Source: a virus
Taxonomy: Duplodnaviria > Caudoviricetes
Length of the DNA stretch: 43,354 bases
Direction: 5' to 3' (one strand)
Virus record (IMG/VR): IMGVR_UViG_3300021411_000013
Coordinates: 1-43,354 of that record
Numbering within the stretch: position 1 is the stretch's first letter; each line of letters starts with the position of its first letter. Positions 18,403 to 26,364 of this stretch are shown here, piece after piece. The notes under the pieces are model-generated. The model was not told the DNA's origin, made no database searches, and saw only the letters and a program-made list of their open reading frames with translations. The translations under genes were made by a program, and so were the position numbers.

Positions 18403-19337
18403 TGCCCGTCCTAAACGGCGTTTCGTACGCCATCGCACAGCCGTGCCTCGATCTGGCTGCCCAGATGAAAGCCCTGGGAATCCAGAACCTCGGCATTGTC
18501 GGGGACCTGTCGCACCAAGCTGGCTGCGGTGACCACGTCCCGTGGCAGTGCACTGGCCATTACGGCAAGATCACAGCGATCGACATCGGCTGGGGGGGCA
18601 CCGTAAACGGCGTTCGCCTCACGCCCGCCCTGCTGCGCAGGTACCTGCTCCCCCGGCTGCGCGCTCACACGTGGGAGTTCTACCAGATCAAGTACATCAT
18701 CACGAACTACCTGCTGAACGACACCCGCGCGCCGTACAACCTGAAGGATCAGACCGGCGGCGACGGTCCGGACCACATGCACATCAGCTTCCTGAATTCC
18801 GCATTCTCGGCTCGTTGCGCTCTGCTCACTGACTTCGTCGCGTGGGTGCGCGCCGGACAGCCCAACCCCGTCACATTCAAGGCTGGCTCCGCGCCTGCCA
18901 GTTCGGAGGACTCGACCGTGAGCGCAACCACCCTGTCAGACGGACGGACGCTGTTCGCGATCGTCGGCACTGACGGCAAGATCTACCGCTCCACCGACCC
19001 AACCGTCAAATACTCGCTGGTCGGCAACAGCACGTGGCTGGCTGGCGTGGGCGTCGCGGCGGTCGGCAAGACCGCGTATTTCGCCGTGCGCGACGAGGAC
19101 AAGAGCATCCATCTGGTCACGATCTCGGATCTTGATTCGGGTGCCGGCTACGTGGACGAGAAGATCGGGGGCACCGGCTCCGGCGCGCCTGCCATCGCGG
19201 TGACCCTCACGGGCCTGCGCCTGCTGGTCAAGGGCACCGACCCGAAGGGCACGCTGTACGTGAACACCTTCGACCGCACGAAGCCGGCGGGGCAGCAGTG
19301 GACCGGCTGGAAGCCCACGCCCGGACAAGCCAAGTAA
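18402..19337 (+). CDS. Endolysin (Zn-peptidase-like N-domain plus beta-repeat C-terminal binding domain)
   Basis: GIVGD..H....DH.P...AIDI...YII...HMHIS motifs; C-terminal repeats ending WTGW; upstream of membrane proteins. Confidence 0.8.
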   Translation: MPVLNGVSYAIAQPCLDLAAQMKALGIQNLGIVGDLSHQAGCGDHVPWQCTGHYGKITAIDIGWGGTVNGVRLTPALLRRYLLPRLRAHTWEFYQIKYIITNYLLNDTRAPYNLKDQTGGDGPDHMHISFLNSAFSARCALLTDFVAWVRAGQPNPVTFKAGSAPASSEDSTVSATTLSDGRTLFAIVGTDGKIYRSTDPTVKYSLVGNSTWLAGVGVAAVGKTAYFAVRDEDKSIHLVTISDLDSGAGYVDEKIGGTGSGAPAIAVTLTGLRLLVKGTDPKGTLYVNTFDRTKPAGQQWTGWKPTPGQAK

Positions 19338-19742
19338 GTGAACGTCCCGTCAAGGCGGGTGTGGACAGCCTCGCTCGCCTTGGCGTTGGCGAACGTCGCC
19401 GCTGGACTCTCCTACCTCATCCGACCACCGTCCGACGTATCTACGCCTGTTGCGTCGGCACTAAATCATCTGGCCGGGGGCGCCAACGTCCTCGGCATTC
19501 TATTGCTATCAACCGGCCTGCTCGTGCTGATCGGATGGATTGGAGACCTTCGGGTCTTCGCTCTGATCGGGCACGGAGCAAGCTTCGGCGCCTTCTGCAT
19601 GGGTGCCGTGGCCGCTACAGCCAGCGCGTTGATAGCTCACACCGGCTGGGTAAGTGCATCGTACGCTCTTGTGGTCGGATTGGGTCATCTCCTGATCGCA
19701 CAGGTGCTGCCGCGCCGCCCTCGAACAGACAGGCGGCAATGA
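19338..19742 (+). CDS. 4-TM membrane protein, putative holin
   Basis: Four hydrophobic segments and a basic C-tail, directly after the endolysin. Confidence 0.65.
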   Translation: MNVPSRRVWTASLALALANVAAGLSYLIRPPSDVSTPVASALNHLAGGANVLGILLLSTGLLVLIGWIGDLRVFALIGHGASFGAFCMGAVAATASALIAHTGWVSASYALVVGLGHLLIAQVLPRRPRTDRRQ

Positions 19743-19743
19743 A

Positions 19744-20001
19744 GTGGACCCGGCAACCGTCCTAGCGGTCGGCACTGTCGCGACGGGACTCCTAACCGGC
19801 GGCGGCGGCCTGCTGGTCAGTCTCCGCAACCGTCGCAGCGCGGACGACGACGAAACCGAGCGCGAGCGTGACAAGCTCCGCCTTGAAGCCCGCGAGCTCC
19901 GCCGCGAAAACGTCTCGCTGTGGACGTGGGTGGGAACCCTGTTGAAAGCGATCAGAGACCAAGGCGGAGACGCCCCAGAGGCACCGGATGGACTGAAATG
20001 A
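19744..20001 (+). CDS. Membrane protein (N-terminal TM plus coiled coil), lysis cassette
   Basis: Hydrophobic N-terminus, charged helix, ends P..P..L. Confidence 0.7.
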   Translation: MDPATVLAVGTVATGLLTGGGGLLVSLRNRRSADDDETERERDKLRLEARELRRENVSLWTWVGTLLKAIRDQGGDAPEAPDGLK

Positions 20002-20660
20002 CCCCCAAGCGACTATCGCTCTTGCTGTTCGGGATCATGGCTGCCCTCGTCCTCACCGGCATGGGGCTGTTCATCATCCGCGACCAACAGCGCGTGGTGG
20101 CCGACGCCAACCGCGACGCCGCGATCACGGCCCTCACGACCGACGCGAACAAGTACCGCTCCGCCCTATCAAACAAGGGCGTGAATCCAAACTCTGTCGC
20201 CCCTCCGCCCGCGACGCGCGTGGAGCAGGTGACGGGGGAGCCAGGCCAGCCGGGCGCGCCGGGCCAGCAGGGCGCCCCAGGGGCCAGCGTCACCGGCCCC
20301 AAGGGCGCCCCGGGAGCTCAAGGCGCCACCGGGGCCCAAGGCGATCCGGGGGTCGAAGGACAGCCCGGTAAGGACGGCACGAACGGCACCAACGGTGCTG
20401 ACGGTCGCGGCATCTCCTCAACCTCCGTCACTCAGTCCGGCGACACCTGCATGATGACCGTGACGTACACGGACGGAACATCGCAGTCCGCTGGTTCTTG
20501 GTCTTGCCCCGCTGCCGCGCCACCCACGAGCAGCGCCCCCATGCCGGTGGGCGTCTCCGCCATGGGCCTCTTCGCGCTCATCGGAGCAGGTAGGCCACGG
20601 GTTGCGGGACTTGAGGTGGACGTGCTACCCTACTTGGGAAGACATCGACAGATCGCCTAA
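19998..20660 (+). CDS. Membrane-anchored collagen-like protein
   Basis: N-terminal TM, about 18 Gly-X-Y triplets, C..TY.DG....W.C motif, hydrophobic C-segment. Confidence 0.75.
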   Translation: MTPKRLSLLLFGIMAALVLTGMGLFIIRDQQRVVADANRDAAITALTTDANKYRSALSNKGVNPNSVAPPPATRVEQVTGEPGQPGAPGQQGAPGASVTGPKGAPGAQGATGAQGDPGVEGQPGKDGTNGTNGADGRGISSTSVTQSGDTCMMTVTYTDGTSQSAGSWSCPAAAPPTSSAPMPVGVSAMGLFALIGAGRPRVAGLEVDVLPYLGRHRQIA

Positions 20661-20675
20661 CCCAAGGAGTATCCC

Positions 20676-20933
20676 GTGATCAGCCTCGCAATCGCGCTGG
20701 CCCTGCAGTTGGAGCCGGCCAAGACCATGGCCGCTGTTCCGGCTTCCGTCGCCACGCCCCCGGCCGCCACGTCCCCGTACCGTACCGTGCCGGTCCCGCA
20801 GATCAAGCCGCCACGCATCGCGCAGGAGCCGAATCCGCACCCGAGCGGATCCTCGTGGCGCGCCCCCGCTGCCGCTCCGCCCGTCGTGGCGCAGGAGCCG
20901 AATCCGCACCCGACCGGTCAGAACTGGGGCTGA
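20676..20933 (+). CDS. Small Pro-rich protein with hydrophobic N-terminus and duplicated AQEPNPHP(S/T)GxxW motif
   Basis: AAGGAG RBS, GTG start; 25-bp exact direct repeat at 20820-20844 and 20889-20913. Confidence 0.7.
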   Translation: MISLAIALALQLEPAKTMAAVPASVATPPAATSPYRTVPVPQIKPPRIAQEPNPHPSGSSWRAPAAAPPVVAQEPNPHPTGQNWG

Positions 20934-20934
20934 C

Positions 20935-21528
20935 ATGAGCCTCCCCGACATCGCAGTCTACGGCTACGCCCGCTCCGGCAAGGACACGATCGCCGAGTAT
21001 TTGATCGAGAACTACGGGTATGTCAAGATCGCGTTCGCCGATCCGCTGCGTGCGGTGATGGCAGCGATGAACCCCATTGTGGCAGCGAGGCCGGGTGGAG
21101 ATGGAATCCTGATCACGAGATACAACGACGCCATCGAAGCCGCAGGATACGACGGAGCCAAGAAATATTTTCCCGAAATTCGCCGGCTCCAGCAAGCTCA
21201 CGGCCTCGGCGTCCGCGAGCAGCTGGACGTGGACGCATGGGTGAACGCAGCATCCGAGCGGATCATCAACACGCCGGGGGACACCCCGATCGTCGTCACG
21301 GATGCTCGGTTCGGCAACGAGTTCGACCACCTCGACCGCGCTAGTTTCCTGTTCGTCCGTGTCCTACGTGACGGTCAGACGAACCGTGATCAGCACGTCT
21401 CGGAGACGGAACTGGACAAGCAGGTTCCTGACCACACGATCCGCAACAACGGAAAAGACCTGCAGGCGCTGCACGACCGTGTAGCCGACCTCATGCAGGA
21501 ACTACAGAACGGAGACGATATTGTCTAG
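20935..21528 (+). CDS. Deoxynucleoside monophosphate kinase
   Basis: GYARSGKDT P-loop, AFADPLR, RRLQQ..G, VVTDARF.NE, HVSETELD. Confidence 0.92.
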   Translation: MSLPDIAVYGYARSGKDTIAEYLIENYGYVKIAFADPLRAVMAAMNPIVAARPGGDGILITRYNDAIEAAGYDGAKKYFPEIRRLQQAHGLGVREQLDVDAWVNAASERIINTPGDTPIVVTDARFGNEFDHLDRASFLFVRVLRDGQTNRDQHVSETELDKQVPDHTIRNNGKDLQALHDRVADLMQELQNGDDIV

Positions 21529-21784
21529 CCCCGTCGAGCCCACCCCCGAGCCTGCCGTTTTCGGCGCTGCCGCAGTGGCAGTGATCAACAGCGTGCTGGT
21601 GCTCCTGGGTGTCCTCAGCCTTACCATCCCGACTGGTCTCGGTGCGGCTCTCGCAGGCATCGTCGCTGCGCTCGTCGTAGCCGTGCCCCTGGTCGTGGGT
21701 GTCATCGTTCGCTCGAAGGTGACGCCGGTCAAGGCGCCCGTCGTAGCTACGGTCGCGGCCCACTTCGACCCGCCCGTCAACTAG
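21521..21784 (+). CDS. Second holin-like membrane protein
   Basis: EPA motif, two TM segments and RSKVTPV C-terminus typical of actinophage holin-like proteins. Confidence 0.7.
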   Translation: MSSPVEPTPEPAVFGAAAVAVINSVLVLLGVLSLTIPTGLGAALAGIVAALVVAVPLVVGVIVRSKVTPVKAPVVATVAAHFDPPVN

Positions 21785-21795
21785 TCCCGATCAGG

Positions 21796-21829
21796 AAGCC
21801 CCGTCACTGAATGTGGCGGGGCTTTCTTC
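21796..21829 (+). terminator. Intrinsic terminator closing the late operon
   Basis: AAGCCCCGTCAC-TGAAT-GTGGCGGGGCTT followed by TCTT. Confidence 0.8.
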
Positions 21830-21840
21830 GTCTCTGGGGC

Positions 21841-21869
21841 TTGACATCTGTTCCATCACCCCGTATCGT
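21841..21869 (+). promoter_or_regulatory. Sigma-A promoter TTGACA-N17-TATCGT
   Basis: Consensus -35 with 17-nt spacing, at the start of the right arm. Confidence 0.8.
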
Positions 21870-21880
21870 TCTCGTTGTAA

Positions 21881-21954
21881 GGCACAGCGGCCGCCGATGG
21901 ATTCGGCGCCGGGAGGACGAACGAGCCTCGTAACTGGGATCTCGCCGCTGTGCC
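21881..21954 (+). ncRNA. Putative structured 5' leader RNA (three-way junction)
   Basis: GGCACAGCGGC/GCCGCTGTGCC 11-bp closing stem enclosing CGCCGA/TCGGCG and ACGA/TCGT hairpins. Confidence 0.5.
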
Positions 21955-21976
21955 GCCCACCCTCAAAGGAGACAAC

Positions 21977-22372
21977 ATGCCCAAGGTACGAAGCTTCAAA
22001 GACGCAACCGGCGACACATGGTACGAGATGTCGGACCTTCCGAATCATTACACCATGTACAAGCCTTTGGCTCGCCCGGGAGGATCCGATGGCGGCGGCG
22101 GCTGGCACGGCACCGAAACCCAAATCTCGTCCCGGTGGGCGCCCCTGCACAGCTATAAGCTGCGGGAGATCGGTCCAAAACCGAAGGGCATCAAGGTCAC
22201 CCTGACCCAGTCCGAGATCGACCTGCTGGACGAGCTGCTGTACGGGTACGTCGGGGTCGGCTTGTCTGACGAGGCTGGGGGGGACAAGTTCCTGGCGCTC
22301 GCGTCTGTCGACCCCCAGGACAGCCGGATCGTCCGAAGCCTGGACGGCATCCCGACCCTGAAGGCCTCGTAA
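21977..22372 (+). CDS. Hypothetical protein
   Basis: AAGGAG RBS; first gene after the promoter; FKDATGDTWY module. Confidence 0.75.
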   Translation: MPKVRSFKDATGDTWYEMSDLPNHYTMYKPLARPGGSDGGGGWHGTETQISSRWAPLHSYKLREIGPKPKGIKVTLTQSEIDLLDELLYGYVGVGLSDEAGGDKFLALASVDPQDSRIVRSLDGIPTLKAS

Positions 22373-22626
22373 TGCTGGACATCGAAGGCGAAGCCTGCTA
22401 CTACGCAGCTGAGAACGGCGAATCCCTCCTCGCGTCGCTGCGCTTCGTCCGCTCGTACATGAAGTACCGGGACATCAACGGAACCCCGCACGCGGGCGGC
22501 ATGACCATCCCCCAGTTCTACCGTTTCCACACGGACGTGAAGAGCGCTTTCGCTGAGTCCGTCCACAACCCGCACCCCCGTCGCATCGGCATCGTGCCGA
22601 CGAACATCGTCCGAGGAGAGAACTGA
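22372..22626 (+). CDS. Hypothetical protein
   Basis: TAATG coupling to the upstream gene. Confidence 0.7.
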   Translation: MLDIEGEACYYAAENGESLLASLRFVRSYMKYRDINGTPHAGGMTIPQFYRFHTDVKSAFAESVHNPHPRRIGIVPTNIVRGEN

Positions 22627-22628
22627 CC

Positions 22629-23174
22629 ATGGCACCACCGAGCGAACGAACCACGTACGAGGTCGGCACGACTGCGCTGGCGCCGTCCGAGTGGGAACTC
22701 ACGGAGGCGGGTCGATACCGCGAGCGCGGGACGGACGGCCATTGGCACGAGCGCAACGGTTCCGTGGCATTATCGGACGCCGGGGCTACCCAGATGTACT
22801 CGAACTTCACCCCGCCGGGCCTGCCGCTGGCTGCCGGCGCGGTGCTCGACGCGAAAAAGCGCTACGTGTACGACGGGGGCGGCGGTGTCAAAATCCTAGC
22901 GTACGTGAACGAAGTGAACGTTTGGAGGGTTTCCTCCGGATCGACACTCTCCGTAGGGACCTTCGTCGTCATTGACGACGAGATCGTACGAGAGATCATG
23001 GATCCCGTCAAGGCCGGCTTCCAGCTGGCGGACGAGCGGGATCGTGCTCGCGACGCCCTGCGACGTGCCGTGGCCGACCGCGACAGTGCCTGGCGCGAGT
23101 TGTCCGAGGCTCTCCAGGACCTGAACGCTCTTCGTTCTACACTGGGCAGAATCCGAGAGGCTTTGGACGGATAA
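22629..23174 (+). CDS. Hypothetical protein with C-terminal coiled coil
   Basis: GAGGAG RBS; heptad-like C-terminus. Confidence 0.7.
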   Translation: MAPPSERTTYEVGTTALAPSEWELTEAGRYRERGTDGHWHERNGSVALSDAGATQMYSNFTPPGLPLAAGAVLDAKKRYVYDGGGGVKILAYVNEVNVWRVSSGSTLSVGTFVVIDDEIVREIMDPVKAGFQLADERDRARDALRRAVADRDSAWRELSEALQDLNALRSTLGRIREALDG

Positions 23175-23175
23175 C

Positions 23176-23376
23176 ATGCGACACCCACCTCTCACTGCCG
23201 CCATGTACTCACCTCAGTGCCACGCTTCGGAAGCGTTCGAGGTGTTCCCCAAAGTGCTGGTCTACGTGCGCTGCTCGGACAAGTTCGGGCATGGCGGACA
23301 CGACTCACTGGGTTTGCTTGCGGAGGTCGTGCACGCCAGCCACGCCCACGGCGCGGACTTCTCCTGGCGGCAGTGA
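23176..23376 (+). CDS. Hypothetical His/Cys-containing protein
   Basis: Fills the gap in the operon; C...C...GH.G.H...W pattern. Confidence 0.55.
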   Translation: MRHPPLTAAMYSPQCHASEAFEVFPKVLVYVRCSDKFGHGGHDSLGLLAEVVHASHAHGADFSWRQ

Positions 23377-23392
23377 TGTCCGCCCTCCGCAC

Positions 23393-23422
23393 TTGACAGG
23401 CGAGGACGACCTGTGGTTAGCT
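23393..23422 (+). promoter_or_regulatory. Probable sigma-A promoter (TTGACA...TGgTTAGCT)
   Basis: Consensus -35 in an intergenic gap; non-canonical -10. Confidence 0.5.
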
Positions 23423-23457
23423 ATGACGGAAGAGCTAATCAACGAAGGGCACAGGCC

Positions 23458-23715
23458 ATGAAGGTTACGATCGTCAACCCGCACGAATCCGGAAACTACG
23501 ATGTCCACGCGGCTAAGTGCGGGGATCTGCGGAAGTACCCGAAGGACTCCTCGTGGACCATCGAAGCCGACTCCCACAAGGCGGTCGCGATGGACATGTA
23601 CGACCCTGAGTGCTTCGAGTCCATGGACCCCGACGGTGCCAACTGGCGCGACCACCTGGTTGACGTGACGTTCAAGCCATGCGTCAAGGCTCTCCCGGAC
23701 GAGGTGTCGAAGTGA
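23458..23715 (+). CDS. Hypothetical protein (VHAAKCGDL...FKPCVK)
   Basis: RBS-like GAAGGG; VH...C.D and PC motifs. Confidence 0.7.
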   Translation: MKVTIVNPHESGNYDVHAAKCGDLRKYPKDSSWTIEADSHKAVAMDMYDPECFESMDPDGANWRDHLVDVTFKPCVKALPDEVSK

Positions 23716-23840
23716 ACGTCACTGTATACTCCCAGGGTCGCAGCAAGGTCGTCCCGCTGTCTGCCACGGCAGCTCACATTGCCGCGATCCTCGCCCGATC
23801 GCCGCACGCGGACATCCGAATCACGGAGGCCAAGTCGTGA
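23712..23840 (+). CDS. Small hypothetical protein (42 aa)
   Basis: GTGA overlaps on both sides. Confidence 0.55.
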   Translation: MNVTVYSQGRSKVVPLSATAAHIAAILARSPHADIRITEAKS

Positions 23841-24115
23841 CGAACCCAAACGTTGATATGTCGGACGCCCTGCAGGACGCGATCATCCTCGTCTCTCTGA
23901 TGCTCCAAGACGACGAGGAGGCGGGCACCGACCATCTGATGACAGTGCTCGCTGGCCCACACGCGGTGGCCATGCTGCCGATGCTTGGGGGCCTCACCGT
24001 GGCCCTGCTGAAGGAGTTTTCGCGCTTCGTGAACACCATCTCGCCGGAGGCCGAAGCGACCCCAGAGACGATCTGGCAGCAGGCCGCCCAGAGTTTGTCC
24101 GGCTACACTGGCTAG
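23837..24115 (+). CDS. Hypothetical protein
   Basis: GGAGG RBS, GTGA overlap. Confidence 0.7.
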   Translation: MTNPNVDMSDALQDAIILVSLMLQDDEEAGTDHLMTVLAGPHAVAMLPMLGGLTVALLKEFSRFVNTISPEAEATPETIWQQAAQSLSGYTG

Positions 24116-24117
24116 TC

Positions 24118-24168
24118 GGTCGAGTGGCGTTCCGACTCCGGAGGGGTGAGCCTGAGCGTCGCTCGACC
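24118..24168 (+). other. Intergenic RNA stem-loop (15-bp stem with 3 G-U pairs and an inner hairpin)
   Basis: GGTCGAGTGGCGTTC pairs with GAGCGTCGCTCGACC. Confidence 0.55.
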
Positions 24169-24193
24169 TACTGGGCAACAGAAAGGCAAGGCT

Positions 24194-24268
24194 ATGCAGA
24201 TCGAACTATCGGAGGCAGCCGCGCGCCTCACGTGGCGCGTGGAGATGGCGGAGTTGGAGGACGAATGA
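24194..24268 (+). CDS. Mini-ORF (24 aa, MQIELSEAAARLTWRVEMAELEDE)
   Basis: GAAAGG RBS; ATGA overlap with the HNH gene. Confidence 0.45.
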   Translation: MQIELSEAAARLTWRVEMAELEDE

Positions 24269-24687
24269 GCCTACCGGACATTGGTCCGTGCGAGCCGTGG
24301 GAAGGACAGATCGATTGGCACGGGTACGGGCGCTTAACACACAACGGAAAGCGGATGAAGGCTACGCATTTTGTCTTAGCGCAAGCTGGACGTGCACTTA
24401 AGCCCGGGGAGTTCGCCTGTCATCGTTGCGACAACACTGAGTGCGTCCGGCTGGGTCACCTTCACGTCGGAAACCAGCACGATAACATGTCCGCGATGGT
24501 GTCTCGGGGTCGTCACTACAAAGCCTTGATCACCCCGGAAGACGCGAGACGGATCTATGCCCTTCAGTTTTCCGATGTTTCAACCCGGACCGTAGCTGAC
24601 TCGTACGGACTGAAACCCTACAACGTCGCCGCAATTTGGCGGGGTCACACCTGGAGGTCGGTAAATGTCTCTCCCAGCCTTGGCTAG
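24265..24687 (+). CDS. HNH homing endonuclease
   Basis: C..W.G.....GYG...CHRCDN..CV..GHL..G...DN..M..RGR plus C-terminal HTH-like I..G.TW. Confidence 0.9.
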   Translation: MSLPDIGPCEPWEGQIDWHGYGRLTHNGKRMKATHFVLAQAGRALKPGEFACHRCDNTECVRLGHLHVGNQHDNMSAMVSRGRHYKALITPEDARRIYALQFSDVSTRTVADSYGLKPYNVAAIWRGHTWRSVNVSPSLG

Positions 24688-25504
24688 ACGAAAGTCAAAT
24701 ACCGGCCGCCAATATGTCCACCCTGTCACCGGCCAAGCGTACCCGTCGGTCACCACGATCACGGGCATGAAGGACAAGCCGGCCCTGATGAACTGGGCGG
24801 TCAACGAAACCGTGGAGTACGTCATCCGAGAATGGGACACCTTGTCCCCGATGACGAAGAAACTAAAGCGGATCCTGCTGAAGGGCGCCCGCTACGAGGC
24901 TCGCGCCCCGGGCACCGACTTCACCCCGTCAAAAGCGGGTGACTTGGTGCACGACCTTGTAGAGTCCTACTGCAATACGGGTGTGCCAACCTTCAGTTCG
25001 TACGCACTGAGCATCTGTGCTGACGCGGACGTCGATCCCGTTGAAGCCATGCGGCAGGTGATGCCTTGGTTCGCTCAATTCCTTGCTTGGGAAAAGCGCT
25101 TCAAGCCGGAGTGGGTGCTCAACGAAGCAACGATCTTCAACCACTCAATCGGTTATGCGGGTACGATGGACTTGCTCTTCAAAATCGGAGACAAGCACCA
25201 CCTGTGCGACGTTAAGAGCGGAAAGGGGGCATATCCGGAAACCGCCTTCCAACTGGAAGCCCTCGCACGCGGCGAAGAGGTCGTGACCCGGGACGGCACG
25301 ATCACACAGCTCCCGAAGATCGACCAGCTCTCAATCCTGCACATCACACCCAAGATGGCTGACTGGATTCAGATTCGGCCGGATCAGCGCGACCGTACGT
25401 GGCAAGGATTCCAGGCTCTGGCTAACATACAAAATTGGGACGTAGAGAGAGCGCATTTGCAGTTCGGAACGATCAGTACAACGGTGTCGGATGTATCGGT
25501 ATGA
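24665..25504 (+). CDS. Cas4/RecB-like PD-(D/E)XK exonuclease
   Basis: YPSVTTI...KPALMNWA, G.LVH, E..I.....GYAGTMD...DVKSGK..YPE..QL.A. Confidence 0.88.
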   Translation: MSLPALARRKSNTGRQYVHPVTGQAYPSVTTITGMKDKPALMNWAVNETVEYVIREWDTLSPMTKKLKRILLKGARYEARAPGTDFTPSKAGDLVHDLVESYCNTGVPTFSSYALSICADADVDPVEAMRQVMPWFAQFLAWEKRFKPEWVLNEATIFNHSIGYAGTMDLLFKIGDKHHLCDVKSGKGAYPETAFQLEALARGEEVVTRDGTITQLPKIDQLSILHITPKMADWIQIRPDQRDRTWQGFQALANIQNWDVERAHLQFGTISTTVSDVSV

Positions 25505-25778
25505 GCAGAGTGTGCGATCAGTGTGGACTGCCTGTCCCCTCCGGTACACGCAGAAAACGCTGTTCAGGTGCGTGCTCGCCTGTGTGTTTCACGTGTGGCG
25601 TAGCATTTGACGGGGATAATAAGGCGGAGATAGGTCATTTGATCCCGCTGTCTCGGGGGGATCTAACAAGAGAAACAACGTCGCGGCGCAGTGCGTAAGG
25701 TGTAATCGGGGCACAGGGGGCCAGCACCGTAAGATCTTTCCAACGGAATGGACCCCAAGGTGGGCTTGCCAAATCTAG
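25501..25778 (+). pseudogene. HNH endonuclease interrupted by a frameshift in a G6 run (25655-25660)
   Basis: Frame 1 gives C..C...GHLIPLSRG; adding one G continues GSNKRNNVAAQCVRCN...TAG, a complete 92-aa HNH. Confidence 0.8.
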
Positions 25779-25794
25779 GATTTTCTGATACCCT
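25766..25794 (+). promoter_or_regulatory. Promoter TTGCCA-N17-TACCCT
   Basis: Upstream of the SSB gene; -35 lies inside the HNH 3' end. Confidence 0.6.
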
Positions 25795-25826
25795 ATGACA
25801 GCTAACATCAACGAAAGGACCACTGT

Positions 25827-26273
25827 ATGAGTTCCATCGAAGAGCAGCTGAAGGCCCTAGGTCTCGACCCGGCCGCCGCTGCCCAGGCGGCCCAGCAGGC
25901 TGAGTCATCTTCCGGTGACGGGGTGTATCTTCGACACAAGGAAGTCCCCGCCTTCTCAGTCGTCGGCAAGGTCGTCTCCGTCTGGTCGTCTCCCGGCTAC
26001 AAGGGCGTGGGAACCGATCCGGGTGTCGCCATCGCCCACGAGGGCATCACCGAAGCCGGTTTCGACGCTGGTGTTCTCAAGGTCTCCAACGGCCTCACGA
26101 GTTGGCGTAACCAGGTGGCGCAATCGAACCCGCAGGCTGGTGACGTCGTTGTCCTACAGTTCGGCGGACTCACTGAGTCGAAGAAAGCGGGCGGCAGCTC
26201 GTACTACGACTTCCGCCTCACAGTCGCACAGCGTGCGTTGAACGCCAACGGCGCGGAAACCGCGCCTTTCTGA
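25827..26273 (+). CDS. Single-stranded DNA-binding protein-like (OB fold)
   Basis: Follows the exonuclease; P..GD.V...F.G pattern; C-terminal ...APF. Confidence 0.65.
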   Translation: MSSIEEQLKALGLDPAAAAQAAQQAESSSGDGVYLRHKEVPAFSVVGKVVSVWSSPGYKGVGTDPGVAIAHEGITEAGFDAGVLKVSNGLTSWRNQVAQSNPQAGDVVVLQFGGLTESKKAGGSSYYDFRLTVAQRALNANGAETAPF

Positions 26274-26292
26274 TAAGTTGGAACCGCACAGA

Positions 26293-26325
26293 GATCCCCC
26301 CGACTGGGTTGCCAGCGGGGGGATC
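26293..26325 (+). terminator. Hairpin after SSB, overlapping the next promoter
   Basis: GATCCCCCCG.CTGG-GTTG-CCAG.CGGGGGGATC. Confidence 0.6.
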
Positions 26326-26337
26326 GTGCTGTATGCT
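26309..26337 (+). promoter_or_regulatory. Promoter TTGCCA-N17-TATGCT
   Basis: Near-consensus elements with 17-nt spacing. Confidence 0.7.
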
Positions 26338-26364
26338 GAAGTCTCTACCACGAACGGAGAGCAC

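Noticed and set aside
21791-24200. Lysogeny module (integrase, repressor, attP) at the late/early junction
   Set aside because: Only a terminator, a promoter and small plus-strand ORFs are present; no recombinase or Xre-HTH motifs were seen.
24665-25504. Cas4 as evidence of a CRISPR-Cas system
   Set aside because: It is a solo PD-(D/E)XK exonuclease beside SSB, a standard actinophage recombination module; no array or other cas genes are present.
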